Source: Leptospirales bacterium (lineage in GTDB: Bacteria; Spirochaetota; Leptospiria; Turneriellales; JAOUFE01). From it: a stretch of 28,789 nucleotides of DNA. Shown piece by piece: positions 1 through 9,286 of this stretch. Under the pieces are notes generated by a model that saw only the letters and a program-made list of their open reading frames with translations, made no database searches and was not told where the DNA came from. Where the stretch lies: NCBI GenBank assembly GCA_040326155.1, contig JBEQLE010000058.1, forward strand, positions 1 through 28,789, read 5' to 3'. Positions within the stretch are counted from its first letter, which is position 1, and every line of letters starts with the position of its first letter. The position numbers and the translations under genes were made by a program.

Positions 1-1
1 C

Positions 2-3000
2 GTCAGCGGCTGTTGCGGCAGTTCGCGAAAATACACGCGAAGCTGCGGCTCCGACTCCTGCCCCCGCGATCTGAAAACCGGCACCGATGGCCGCCCCTTC
101 CAGGCCTGCAAACGCTGCTTCCTTGGAATTTGCCCCGCCTAAAGCCGCAAAAGTTGAATTTTGGGCAAACCCGTCGACTGCCGTGGCACCCAGGCCGGTC
201 ATAAATACAGCGAAGGCCCCCGCCTCTTCGGGAAGTAACTCTGGAGCGACAACCGCTAATGTGGCTCCCACTTCGGCAACGGCAAAACCTGCGGCCAGGC
301 CGCCGTATGTTTTACCCGACTTCCAGTTCCATTTCAAAGGATTCATATTGTGGTTTGCCGATTCAGCGCCCCAATAGGCGCCAACGGCTCCGGCAGCCAT
401 AGCGTCCCCCGCGACAGCCCCCACTCCGGTCATAATCGCCAGTGAAATTGCAATGCCTATACCCAGCCCCTTCATGAAACTTCCAAAAGAGTGACCTGAA
501 GGGTCGCTATAGGTAATGGGGTTATTGCCGGCGTAGGCAAAACGGTTATACGAGGTGGCCATTATATCCGGCCCCCCCAGCACCCGGTTATCGGACTGGA
601 TAAATTGCCCTATCGAGGGGTCGTAAAAGCGCGCGTTAAAATAATAGAGCCCGGTATCTTTGTTGAGTTCTTGCCCGGCAAACTTGGCGCGAAAATCGTC
701 GGGGCCAAAACTAAGTTTTTGATACATCTCTCCAAAAGGTAGATAAGCGATACGGGTAACTTCCTTGCCTTTTAAATCGGTAACAAGAGTTGTCCCCCCC
801 GTATGGTCTGAATGAAAAAAGAGCGTTTTCCCGGCTATGGGATAGCCGTTACCTGTCAGCCCTTGGGCATGCAAAGAGATCGGGGCAATAAGCTGTAGAA
901 CGATGGCTGCCATAACCAGCGGTGTAAATGCTGTAAAAACCGTTTTATATTGCCAAAAACGGCTTTGGATTTGATTTCGTTTTAAAATAGAATTTAGCCA
1001 GACATATAAGGTAAAAAAGACAAGGGCCGCACATACAACGATAAAAAACAGAGCACCCCAGTTTATGTTTAAAAAGGTATGAACATAAGCTAACAGATTA
1101 TTGGCACTCTGAGAGCCCTGGTTGTCTAAAGACAGGGTTTGGCTGGTGAATTTTGCAGATGTGCTGAGGGCCGCAACAACTCCCGAGAGGCTGGTTAAGG
1201 TTTTTGTATAAACCGCATTTTTCTCATTGGGTTCAACCATGATATCGTAATTTTTACTGATATAATACGATATTACCCCTTCGCCGTCAGTGCGTTTTAC
1301 CAGAGAGCCTTTGTAATCGTAGACATAAGAGCCCGTTGTCGTGGTACTACCGCTAACGGTTTTTTGAACCGAGCTCAGGCGATCTTGCCCGTTATAAATG
1401 TACTGCCAGCTTGTATTGCCTGCTGTTTTCGTTTTTAAATTTGCATTTGCATAATAACCGTAGGTCGTTGTTTCGCCGTTTGTTTCAGAGATTATCAGTT
1501 TTTGCCCTTTGTATTGCGTGTAACTGGTATCTCCTTTTTGAGTTAAAGCGCCTGAGGTGTTGTAGGTATAATCCAAAGTCAACCCGGAGCCTGACGCTCC
1601 AATGTTTGCCTGTTTCAGCGAACCGGCCGCATCGAGTGTATAACTCATGGAGTACTCATCGTTTATATTGTCTTGAATCTTCGTCAAGAGGCCTAATGTG
1701 TTCCAACTATACGTTTTATTGATTAAAGGATTGCTCGACGTTTGTTCGGCATTCAGTGTGCTCAGGTGTCCGGTTGACTCGTTATAAGAATAGGTCGTTT
1801 CAACTCCATTTTGGTACTCTAAATTTTCAGGGTGCCCGGTTGCGCTAAAGTTTTTCCATTGCGCATAATCCTTGCATGAACTTCCCCCTTTTTGACAAAG
1901 CTCTACAAGGTTTAACGGCCCTTCGATATTATACGAGCGTTTCATGATAGTCCCGTCTGGAAAGGTGAACGCAGTTAATCGGCTCATCGGATCGTAGTTC
2001 GCCGCGATGGTGAACTTTTTTGAATCAACGCCAAGTTCGGCGGTTCTTGTCTTTGCCAAAGCGTCGTAACAGTATTGATGAGTTAATCCGTTGCTGTCGC
2101 TTACGGAACTAAGTCGGCCTTTGGCATAGCAGTTTTCCTGGTTGTTTACATCGTAGGTGTATTGGATTGTTCTCGTGTCTCCATTTTGCACATAACTCTC
2201 TTTCGTTGGTCTGAGTATCGCATCATAGGTATCAAAAGAGTGCGTAGACCCGGTCGAGTCGGTGGTCGATTTGATTAAACCGTTTTCTTTGTAATACGAA
2301 ACAGTTGTTTTCCCCGAATCAGAATTATTAGTCGAGATTACTCTGCTTAAACTGTCGTAATAAAAATTGGATGTTGCTCCACCCGGTGAGATTGTCTGTA
2401 CTGTCCGACCCAGGTGGTCATAATTGTGAACTACGGCTTGTTCTGCGCTTACCCCGTTTTGTTGCGGGAAAACTCTTTTTAGAACTTTATTCTCGGGGTC
2501 GAGATACGACGTAATCGTTTTTTGCTCGGGCAGGCCATGCGAGTCGGTGCGCTCTACATAGTCACGATTGTAACTGTTCAGGGTTTTTATATCATAAGTG
2601 ATATCTGTTATCGCGCCATCGGCATGTGTGATCTTACTCGGACGGTGCAGGGTGTCGTATTTGTATTTTATCCAATATTTAGCGCTATTTGATTCGCAAG
2701 TATCATCGCTGCTCGACTGATAATAGGGGTGCGAGCTTTGCGAAACCTGTGTCACCGATTGGTAACACGTTACTAATGCGATAGTGCCGTCGTCGGCTTC
2801 GGCCTCTTTTTTATATTGGCGGCCCAGGGCGTCGTAAGAATTAACCGTCCACTTTGTATTATTCGACCAATCTATAGTGCTAATAATTTTATGGCTCATC
2901 CCATTTGTAGCGGTTTCGTAGGTATGACTTGCCAGCAAAGTTTTATCGCCCGAAGAGTCGGGTCCGTAAACCGAGACGGGGCGCCCAAAACTATCATATG

Positions 3001-6000
3001 CATAATACATACTTACATTGTTTATCCCCGTACTTTGTATAATTTGCCCCAACTTGGCGTCATAAAGCGATGTACTTATTTGCTTCAGGGCGTTTGTATG
3101 TGTTTTCGGGTGGGTGTTAAACGTACCTTCATATGTAATTGTACTTTTGTTATAGAACTGTGGCTTTTTTCCGGCGGCATCCCAAGACGCACCGCTTAGA
3201 GAGAGCAGGTTACCGTAAGAGTCGTACGCAGAAAATTGCGTACCCAACCATACTTTATTTGTATTGTCGTACGTTCTCGAATAGACTACATTTCGTTTGG
3301 TGTCATATTTGTGTTGTCTGTGATTTAAAACCTGTGTGCATGTTTGATTTGAACAATGCTGAATATCAACAGGGTAACCCAACATCCAATTTGTGGCGTC
3401 GTTATTGTAAGATGTTTTAGTATATACATCATCAGAGGGGTCTTTTATGTTTCCCAGGTCGCCGAGTAAGATGATGTTGCCAAAATTGTCAAAAGAGAGG
3501 GTTTTCGCGACTGTATAAGTAGCGTCGCTGTTGGGGCTTGTGTGCAGAGTACTTTGTCGAGCTATTTGAACCAGATTAGAACTTATATTCGGAAGGGGCT
3601 TTTTGGTATTATATGTGTAATTCGTTTGACCTATTAATTTACCGTCGCTCACGCGAAACATCTGCATATAGTCGAGCTCCCCATTAAATGGAAAAGCCTG
3701 GCGAAAATAAGAAACATGTTTTAGACCGGGAGTGGAGGAAGATTGATTGGCCTGAAGGTCAATTTCTGTGGAGCGGCGAAACCCAAGGAACCCGTACCCC
3801 ATTTTGTCGACAATGGCACCAGCATAAGTATATTCATACCGATAGCCTTTTGTATCGGCGCTTCCGTTTTTAATCGTACGGCTTTTTACCACAAAAATCG
3901 GGGTATTGTATTGGCGACACCGCCCCTTGCACCATTTTTCATCGTCCGGGTTAAACTCGCTTTCAGGGAGAGTCGAATAAACCGAGTCGGCCTTATCTTT
4001 TGTTGTACACTCGCCCACAACATCGGTTTTTGACGCCGAAATCGATTGATAGCAAAGATCAGTTTTTTTACCCAAACCATTGGTTACAGATGTAAGCAAG
4101 CTCTGGTTGGTTGGCGCAACCGCGATGATGGCATAATTAGAGCCTAACCCAAACAGGTCCGATACGCCGTCGCCTGTCACATCGGCCGGATACCTGGGAT
4201 TTTTTTGCAGATAACCCATGTCATTGTAGACAAAATCTTTGGTGATCGGTTTTATGATTGTATCGTCAGAAAGAAAGGAACTACCAGTATTGATTGCAAA
4301 ATGGACTTTGCTATTCCCAAAACCGATTAGATCCGCTCTGCCGTCTGCATTGATATCGGCAAAGGTACGCATTGTACCGCCTGGCTCTCCCGAGTCGTTC
4401 CACCCGCCATTGTTATAGGTGAATTTATTTTCAAGCCATACGGTTAATTCGCTGAAAGAGGATCCGGTAGAAAGCGAAACATATACGTCATCATTACCAA
4501 ACAATACCAGATCGGCTAACTGATCTCCGTTTAAATCGGTTAAAAATATGGGATTATGACCCGCGATTAAAGATTCGGGCTTATTCTTTAAAACCAGGTT
4601 GTCATTCCAAACGACAACTTGATTGAAGCCATCTCCATTAGACAGACCTACATAGACTTTTCTTACGCTATGCTCTTTTTTAATGCCGACAACATCAATC
4701 AGGTTATCGCCGTTGACATCACCCAACATAGGTGGATTTCCGTTTTCTTTGCTAAAACCGGCTTGCTTCGTAAAAAATGCCTTGAGCTTGGTTATCTTTC
4801 GAAATGATTTACCTGTTGATAATCCGACTCTGGTGTAACTATTGCCAAAGCCAATGATATCGGAACGGCCGTCACCATTGACATCGGCCAGAGTACGCAT
4901 ATCATCAGTGCTCCACCCATTTGGCTCATTAGTTAAGAAATTTGCCCAGTTAGTTTGTTTGTCAAAACCAGATCCGTTGGAAATGGCAACATGCAGATTG
5001 TTTGTACCCAAACCGATAATGTCATAAAGCCCGTCGCCGTTAACATCGCCGATGGCCCTCGGATTGTTTTCACTGTTAAAACCGGAATTACAACTGAAAT
5101 ATTTGCTTTTATCAGAACATCCTCCGTTTTTATATTTATCTCCGTGCAGACAATAGACCTGTGGATCTGAAATAGGGAGACCGCTTGATAGTGCGAACTC
5201 GGTATAATTATTCCCAAAACCTATTAAGTCGAGACGCCCATCGCCGTTAAAATCTCCCATGGTTCGCGCCTGGCAAGAGTTAGACCAGCCTTTATTCTCT
5301 GAGAAAAAAGTCGTCCATTTTGCCGTTTTTTGAAATGACAGTGGTCCGTTTTTTATATCGCTATATGTAAACTCGGTTGGCGCAAAAACATTACCGTCAG
5401 AGCCCTGAAGTTGCATAGAACTTAGATAGTTTAGTTGTGCATTTGGATTAAAGTTTATAGCAAATAAATATTTTGCAACAGTTGAAAATCCTGCGGTTCC
5501 CGAGTTCTTTGAACAAGAGGTTATCGGAGTATTTGCAAGACATGACTCTATTGCGTTAATGATTTTAGAATGGACTACTTTTGCGCCACCTTGATAGCGA
5601 AGTTTTGATTGTTTTGCATCTACAAATGTCAACTCTATAGCGCGTTGAGGGGCTTTGCCGGTGGTCAAATTGCCGCCGTATAAAACACTCAGGGGGACAT
5701 ATTCGCCTGTTTGTTCATTTTCGGTATAGTGGTAGTCTATATAATTTTGATTTAAAGTTGCATGTCGGCTGACGGTCCATACTCGTACGGATCCTGCGGA
5801 AATATTGGTTACATTTGAGTCGGCAACAGCTTCTATTCTGGAGTCGGCAGTTGCGCCATAGGTCATTGTGCTTCCGTGTTTTAGAGTCGCCGTAAAATAA
5901 CACGGTCCCGACCCGCAGGTTTTTGAGCCGTCTTTATAAAAAGCCTGAAAACGGACCCACGACTCTCTTTCAGTATGATAAACTGTACCCGAATCACCAT

Positions 6001-6403
6001 ATTTTCCGCTAACGGGAATCAGCAGTTTACCGTCTATGCAAAAGCGATCGCCGGCGCCATAGGTAACCGGGTAACGGTTTGCGTCTCTGGTGACGGAGCA
6101 ACGGGTAATGGCCGAAAAGCCAGACAGGCTCCAACCGTGGCCGAATAAACCGCCGCTGCTCTGGCTGTTATAAGAGAGAATTAATTTCGGGTCCAACCCG
6201 TTAATACCGGGAGGGGCGTTTAACGAAACCGAATAACCGGCCCCGCCATGTTGATTTACACTTACGCTTCCGGGAATCGTCCCTGCAACAGTTGAGCCGC
6301 CTGATAGGCCTTGCGCTAGACTCGTTTTGTGAATACCGATGACCGCGGAGGTTACCAAAAGGCCTCTTAAAATCCATTTGTTATACTTTTTAATCATTTT
6401 CAT
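2..6403 (-). CDS. Giant secreted RHS/YD-repeat toxin (TcB-TcC fusion-like: signal peptide, SpvB-like N-domain, FG-GAP propeller, YD repeats, RHS core, C-terminal toxin region); 3' end lies beyond the window
   Basis: ATG at 6403 has an AAAGGA SD. I translated segments: MKMIKKYNKWILRGLLVTSAVIGIHKTSLA-QG (signal peptide); SVNQHGGAGYSVSLNAPPGINGLDPKLILSYNSQ..GHGWSLSG (SpvB-like); seven GDxNGDGxxD repeats; YD repeats; and TGLYYFNARFYDPSIGQFIQSD...YAGNNPITYSDPSGH (RHS core). The start and the left-edge segments share one frame. Absence from the ORF track is consistent with no stop codon in the window. Confidence 0.95.
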   Translation of the reverse strand, partial: MKMIKKYNKWILRGLLVTSAVIGIHKTSLAQGLSGGSTVAGTIPGSVSVNQHGGAGYSVSLNAPPGINGLDPKLILSYNSQSSGGLFGHGWSLSGFSAITRCSVTRDANRYPVTYGAGDRFCIDGKLLIPVSGKYGDSGTVYHTERESWVRFQAFYKDGSKTCGSGPCYFTATLKHGSTMTYGATADSRIEAVADSNVTNISAGSVRVWTVSRHATLNQNYIDYHYTENEQTGEYVPLSVLYGGNLTTGKAPQRAIELTFVDAKQSKLRYQGGAKVVHSKIINAIESCLANTPITSCSKNSGTAGFSTVAKYLFAINFNPNAQLNYLSSMQLQGSDGNVFAPTEFTYSDIKNGPLSFQKTAKWTTFFSENKGWSNSCQARTMGDFNGDGRLDLIGFGNNYTEFALSSGLPISDPQVYCLHGDKYKNGGCSDKSKYFSCNSGFNSENNPRAIGDVNGDGLYDIIGLGTNNLHVAISNGSGFDKQTNWANFLTNEPNGWSTDDMRTLADVNGDGRSDIIGFGNSYTRVGLSTGKSFRKITKLKAFFTKQAGFSKENGNPPMLGDVNGDNLIDVVGIKKEHSVRKVYVGLSNGDGFNQVVVWNDNLVLKNKPESLIAGHNPIFLTDLNGDQLADLVLFGNDDVYVSLSTGSSFSELTVWLENKFTYNNGGWNDSGEPGGTMRTFADINADGRADLIGFGNSKVHFAINTGSSFLSDDTIIKPITKDFVYNDMGYLQKNPRYPADVTGDGVSDLFGLGSNYAIIAVAPTNQSLLTSVTNGLGKKTDLCYQSISASKTDVVGECTTKDKADSVYSTLPESEFNPDDEKWCKGRCRQYNTPIFVVKSRTIKNGSADTKGYRYEYTYAGAIVDKMGYGFLGFRRSTEIDLQANQSSSTPGLKHVSYFRQAFPFNGELDYMQMFRVSDGKLIGQTNYTYNTKKPLPNISSNLVQIARQSTLHTSPNSDATYTVAKTLSFDNFGNIILLGDLGNIKDPSDDVYTKTSYNNDATNWMLGYPVDIQHCSNQTCTQVLNHRQHKYDTKRNVVYSRTYDNTNKVWLGTQFSAYDSYGNLLSLSGASWDAAGKKPQFYNKSTITYEGTFNTHPKTHTNALKQISTSLYDAKLGQIIQSTGINNVSMYYAYDSFGRPVSVYGPDSSGDKTLLASHTYETATNGMSHKIISTIDWSNNTKWTVNSYDALGRQYKKEAEADDGTIALVTCYQSVTQVSQSSHPYYQSSSDDTCESNSAKYWIKYKYDTLHRPSKITHADGAITDITYDIKTLNSYNRDYVERTDSHGLPEQKTITSYLDPENKVLKRVFPQQNGVSAEQAVVHNYDHLGRTVQTISPGGATSNFYYDSLSRVISTNNSDSGKTTVSYYKENGLIKSTTDSTGSTHSFDTYDAILRPTKESYVQNGDTRTIQYTYDVNNQENCYAKGRLSSVSDSNGLTHQYCYDALAKTRTAELGVDSKKFTIAANYDPMSRLTAFTFPDGTIMKRSYNIEGPLNLVELCQKGGSSCKDYAQWKNFSATGHPENLEYQNGVETTYSYNESTGHLSTLNAEQTSSNPLINKTYSWNTLGLLTKIQDNINDEYSMSYTLDAAGSLKQANIGASGSGLTLDYTYNTSGALTQKGDTSYTQYKGQKLIISETNGETTTYGYYANANLKTKTAGNTSWQYIYNGQDRLSSVQKTVSGSTTTTGSYVYDYKGSLVKRTDGEGVISYYISKNYDIMVEPNEKNAVYTKTLTSLSGVVAALSTSAKFTSQTLSLDNQGSQSANNLLAYVHTFLNINWGALFFIVVCAALVFFTLYVWLNSILKRNQIQSRFWQYKTVFTAFTPLVMAAIVLQLIAPISLHAQGLTGNGYPIAGKTLFFHSDHTGGTTLVTDLKGKEVTRIAYLPFGEMYQKLSFGPDDFRAKFAGQELNKDTGLYYFNARFYDPSIGQFIQSDNRVLGGPDIMATSYNRFAYAGNNPITYSDPSGHSFGSFMKGLGIGIAISLAIMTGVGAVAGDAMAAGAVGAYWGAESANHNMNPLKWNWKSGKTYGGLAAGFAVAEVGATLAVVAPELLPEEAGAFAVFMTGLGATAVDGFAQNSTFAALGGANSKEAAFAGLEGAAIGAGFQIAGAGVGAAASRVFSRTAATAAD
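4137..5261 (-). repeat. Seven FG-GAP/VCBS-like coding repeats (probable 7-bladed beta-propeller) within the RHS gene
   Basis: GDFNGDGRLDLIGFGNN, GDVNGDGLYDIIGLGTN, ADVNGDGRSDIIGFGNS, GDVNGDNLIDVVGIKK, TDLNGDQLADLVLFGND, ADINADGRADLIGFGNS and ADVTGDGVSDLFGLGSN, spaced about 55-70 codons apart. Confidence 0.85.
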
Positions 6404-6420
6404 TTATAATTCCTTTAAGT

Positions 6421-6458
6421 AAAAAATCCGTACAGAATTCTTTACGCTCTGTACGGAT
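6421..6458 (-). terminator. Intrinsic terminator-like hairpin between the 104-aa gene and the RHS gene
   Basis: Perfect 11-bp stem ATCCGTACAGA (6426-6436)/TCTGTACGGAT (6448-6458) with an 11-nt loop, followed by a U-tract on the minus strand. Confidence 0.75.
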
Positions 6459-6470
6459 GTGTTTGATTTT

Positions 6471-6785
6471 TTAGTTGTCTGCTACTTCAGCAATAACCAA
6501 GACTTCAACGTTAGCCTGGTACTTGTTGGTGTAACCGTGCTCGTCTGTCATCCCAGCCGTCATATTAAAAGTAACTTGCCCTCCATTTATTGATACATTC
6601 GAAAGCTGTACGGAAGCTTGTTGTATCCATGCGTTGGTGGCGTCATCATAGCCGACCAACCAGCTTTTAATGCAGCATTCTGCACTGGTTACGTTCGTTG
6701 GAAACGTAACCGAACCTTGATGAGGAGTAGGAACTCCTAATTCACCGCTAAAAACGACTGTTGTTGTTTCAAATTTTATACTCAT
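6471..6785 (-). CDS. Small all-beta hypothetical protein (possibly H-type lectin-like), 104 aa
   Basis: Alternating beta-strand pattern, no signal peptide, C-terminal VEVLVIAEV strand; upstream promoter and downstream hairpin support a real gene; the fold is an inference. Confidence 0.75.
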   Translation of the reverse strand: MSIKFETTTVVFSGELGVPTPHQGSVTFPTNVTSAECCIKSWLVGYDDATNAWIQQASVQLSNVSINGGQVTFNMTAGMTDEHGYTNKYQANVEVLVIAEVADN

Positions 6786-6792
6786 AGTAATC

Positions 6793-6822
6793 GTTATATA
6801 TCTAATTCTATCTACAAGTCAA
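6793..6822 (-). promoter_or_regulatory. Putative sigma70 promoter of the 104-aa gene (leaderless)
   Basis: TTGACT-N18-TATAAC ends 7 nt before the ATG; no SD. Confidence 0.45.
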
Positions 6823-6949
6823 GACAAGAGTGCAGAAATGCTTATGACGCAAGAACAAGCGGTCTTCTTGCCTTAATAAGTTGTCTAATTTATATTATGA
6901 AGAATTTTCAGATTAAATCGTAGATAAAGGCCGATATAAGCAGGCGGTC

Positions 6950-7120
6950 AAACAGAGATTTTCATTGCTTATTCGTTTGACAATCATACATCTTCGATTT
7001 ATGACCTACCGCAACATTGAGCGCTGCGATTTTGTATTCAAGAAAGACAGGCTTTTTCTAATTATAAAAAAAGAAAACAGTAAATGTTCTTTGGCGATTA
7101 CACCTTCCACTCTATGCCTA
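6950..7120 (+). pseudogene. Possible highly degraded REP-associated tyrosine transposase (RAYT) remnant
   Basis: Fragments in shifting frames, IAYSFDNH/HLRF ... SNYKKRK/VNVLWR/FHSMP, follow the order of the RAYT motifs AYCLMxNHxHL ... NxxxxRxGxLWxxRFxS; a REP-like element lies 220 bp away. Confidence 0.3.
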
Positions 7121-7339
7121 AATTCACTTTAGAAACAAGTTTCATCCAAACAATGAAATCATACAATTTTTCATTCATCTAAGAAATTTTGATCTACTCA
7201 GGCCAGAGCAACCGAGAGCGGTAGCGTCAGGTTGCAAGGTCCTTCAAATTTCCCGAACGGAAATTTAGAAACAGAAAGAGGCGACGGTGCAAATGATGGC
7301 GATACGATAACATGGAAACTTCAAAATAAAATCCCTCGG

Positions 7340-7425
7340 TGCTATTCGGTCGAATACCGCACAACATACTTGGCTGGTATAAACCTTTACCCGAGAAAAT
7401 TACATCGGACTTTGTCGGCCTGATT
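7340..7425 (-). repeat. Dispersed REP-containing element (family D), degenerate copy 1
   Basis: Shares CGGTCG.AT.CCG.AC, ACCTTTACC, GAAAA(T)TACA and CGGCCTGA blocks in the same order as 18942-19050. Confidence 0.6.
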
Positions 7426-7440
7426 CTATTATATTAGAAA

Positions 7441-8286
7441 TTAACGAACTGCGTGTTTATTTACACCAAGTTGTTTTTCGGTGTAACCCAGAGCCATACC
7501 TACCAACTGTGAAAGGTGAATAATCGGCATTTTACCGGTCTTATTTGCGGCTTTCAAACCCATGTCTTGGTAGCTGTCTAAAGCTGTGTGGCACAATGGG
7601 CAGGGAGTAACGATAAAGTCAGCTGTGGAATCGATGGCATCGGTAAGAACGTTACCGACAATTTTTACGGATTCTTTTTCGGCTACTATTAAAGTATGAA
7701 ACCCGCAACACTTGTTTTGCGATTCAAAATCGACAACGGTGCCGCCTAGAGTTTTAATGAGGTCGTGCAGGGAAGATGGTTGATCGGGGTCATCCTTGCC
7801 GAAAAGTTCGGAGGGGCGTAAAATATGGCAACCGTAAAAAGGCGCAACTCTCACTCCAGTCAAAGGGTTTTTTACCAGGCTGGCCAGTTTTTCGAGACCA
7901 ACGTCCTCGTTAATTACCCAGAGAAGGTGTTTTACTTCGGAGGTTCCTTTGTATTCCAGACCCTCTTCTTTTAGAGCTTCGTTTACCATCTCTTTTTTTT
8001 CGGGCTGGGTATCGAGAATATGTTTTGCGTGGCGAAGTCCCAACAGACAGGTATTGCAAGCCGAAACCATATCGAGGCCAAGTTTTTCAGCTAAAGCGAT
8101 GTTACGACCGTTAACGGCCAAGGCATGATCGGGTGAAACATATTCCAGGTTGCTTCCACCACAACAGGTTCCTTCTGTTAAAGGAACAAGCTCTATATCA
8201 AGATCATTTTTCCAGAGATTAATCGACTGATCGATCTCTTTCGTCATAGATTCGTTTACACAGCTTAGATAATATGCGTATTTCAT
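7441..8286 (-). CDS. sdhE: HdrB-like CCG-domain subunit of type E succinate dehydrogenase/fumarate reductase (SdhE, also annotated SdhC/HdrB family)
   Basis: Two CCG domains (YYLSC..CCGG..CNTC; FYGC..CCGF..CPLC), no TM helices, directly downstream of sdhAB. Confidence 0.9.
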   Translation of the reverse strand: MKYAYYLSCVNESMTKEIDQSINLWKNDLDIELVPLTEGTCCGGSNLEYVSPDHALAVNGRNIALAEKLGLDMVSACNTCLLGLRHAKHILDTQPEKKEMVNEALKEEGLEYKGTSEVKHLLWVINEDVGLEKLASLVKNPLTGVRVAPFYGCHILRPSELFGKDDPDQPSSLHDLIKTLGGTVVDFESQNKCCGFHTLIVAEKESVKIVGNVLTDAIDSTADFIVTPCPLCHTALDSYQDMGLKAANKTGKMPIIHLSQLVGMALGYTEKQLGVNKHAVR

Positions 8287-8304
8287 AATATTCCTTCGTC
8301 CCTT

Positions 8305-9285
8305 TTACTTCTTTTTAAGTTCGGAAACTTTCTTGTACATTCTCCGGACGTTTTTTATTCCGGGTATCTTGTGCGCGAACAGTCCGGGCATTCTGCCTTT
8401 CATCATCATTTTAATTCCCATGGGTATTAAAGAGATGGAGCGTAGCAAACCTTTGGTTTTTACGGGTAACATACCCTCGTTCAGACGCCCTTTAGATAAA
8501 ATATCTTGTTCGAAAGCAACACCGTGGCGGTAACCTTCGGTATTTTTCATGTTGCGTTGTATGGCATCATTTCGAACACCAGAAATTGCGTCCATTATGG
8601 GAATATTCTTTACACAAACCTCAACACATTTATAGCAATGCGTACAATCCCACATGCCATGGTCGGCGTTTAGAATATTCAAACGAGCTACCTGCTGGGT
8701 ATCTCTCTCGTCTTTGTTCATACGAAAAGATTTTAATAATACAAGCGGCGAAATAAACTCGGGGCTTACTTCCATAATAGTACACTCTGAGAAACAGGCT
8801 GCGCATAAAATACAGTCTGTCGCCTGGTTAATGACTTGAAAATCTTTTTCAGAAATGACACATTCTGCTTTTCCGAGATTTTCTTTCGATATATCGGGAG
8901 TGACCCAGGATTTATATTTCTTTAGTTTTTCTACGACGGGGTTATAATCTACAACCATATCGCGCATGACATTTAAATTGCTTAAAGGGTCGATGGTAAT
9001 GACGTTCGGCTCTTTGCATCTTTCAAGCTCATCCCAGACCTGCGTGGTACAGGCAAGTTTCGAGACACCATTGACTTTAACGGCACAAGAACCGCAAATT
9101 CCAGCCTGGCAGTAAAATCGATAGCTTAACTTCGGGTCAATGTGGTCTTTAATATAGTTAATGGCCCGTAAAATGGTAATACCTTTTTCTACGGTAATCT
9201 TATACTCATCATAGTACGATTTGTCGTCTACTTCAGGATTAAAACGAAATACACGGAAATAAATATCTTTTTTATCTTCGCTCAT
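8305..9285 (-). CDS. sdhB: Succinate dehydrogenase/fumarate reductase iron-sulfur subunit, type E, with C-terminal extension
   Basis: [2Fe-2S] motif CQAGICGSC..C; two complete 4-Cys motifs CILCAACFSEC and CTHCYKCVEVC; HdrC-like GRLNE tail. Confidence 0.95.
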   Translation of the reverse strand: MSEDKKDIYFRVFRFNPEVDDKSYYDEYKITVEKGITILRAINYIKDHIDPKLSYRFYCQAGICGSCAVKVNGVSKLACTTQVWDELERCKEPNVITIDPLSNLNVMRDMVVDYNPVVEKLKKYKSWVTPDISKENLGKAECVISEKDFQVINQATDCILCAACFSECTIMEVSPEFISPLVLLKSFRMNKDERDTQQVARLNILNADHGMWDCTHCYKCVEVCVKNIPIMDAISGVRNDAIQRNMKNTEGYRHGVAFEQDILSKGRLNEGMLPVKTKGLLRSISLIPMGIKMMMKGRMPGLFAHKIPGIKNVRRMYKKVSELKKK

Positions 9286-9286
9286 A

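Noticed and set aside
13..5903. Many short ORFs of 60-127 aa in the ORF track
   Set aside because: Antisense or off-frame shadows of the giant minus-strand RHS gene; no motifs
7232..7423. 63-aa ORF
   Set aside because: TTG start, overlaps a repeat element, no recognisable motif
7441..8286. Methanogen-type heterodisulfide reductase
   Set aside because: No hdrA or hdrC in the window; its position after sdhAB identifies it as the type E anchor subunit
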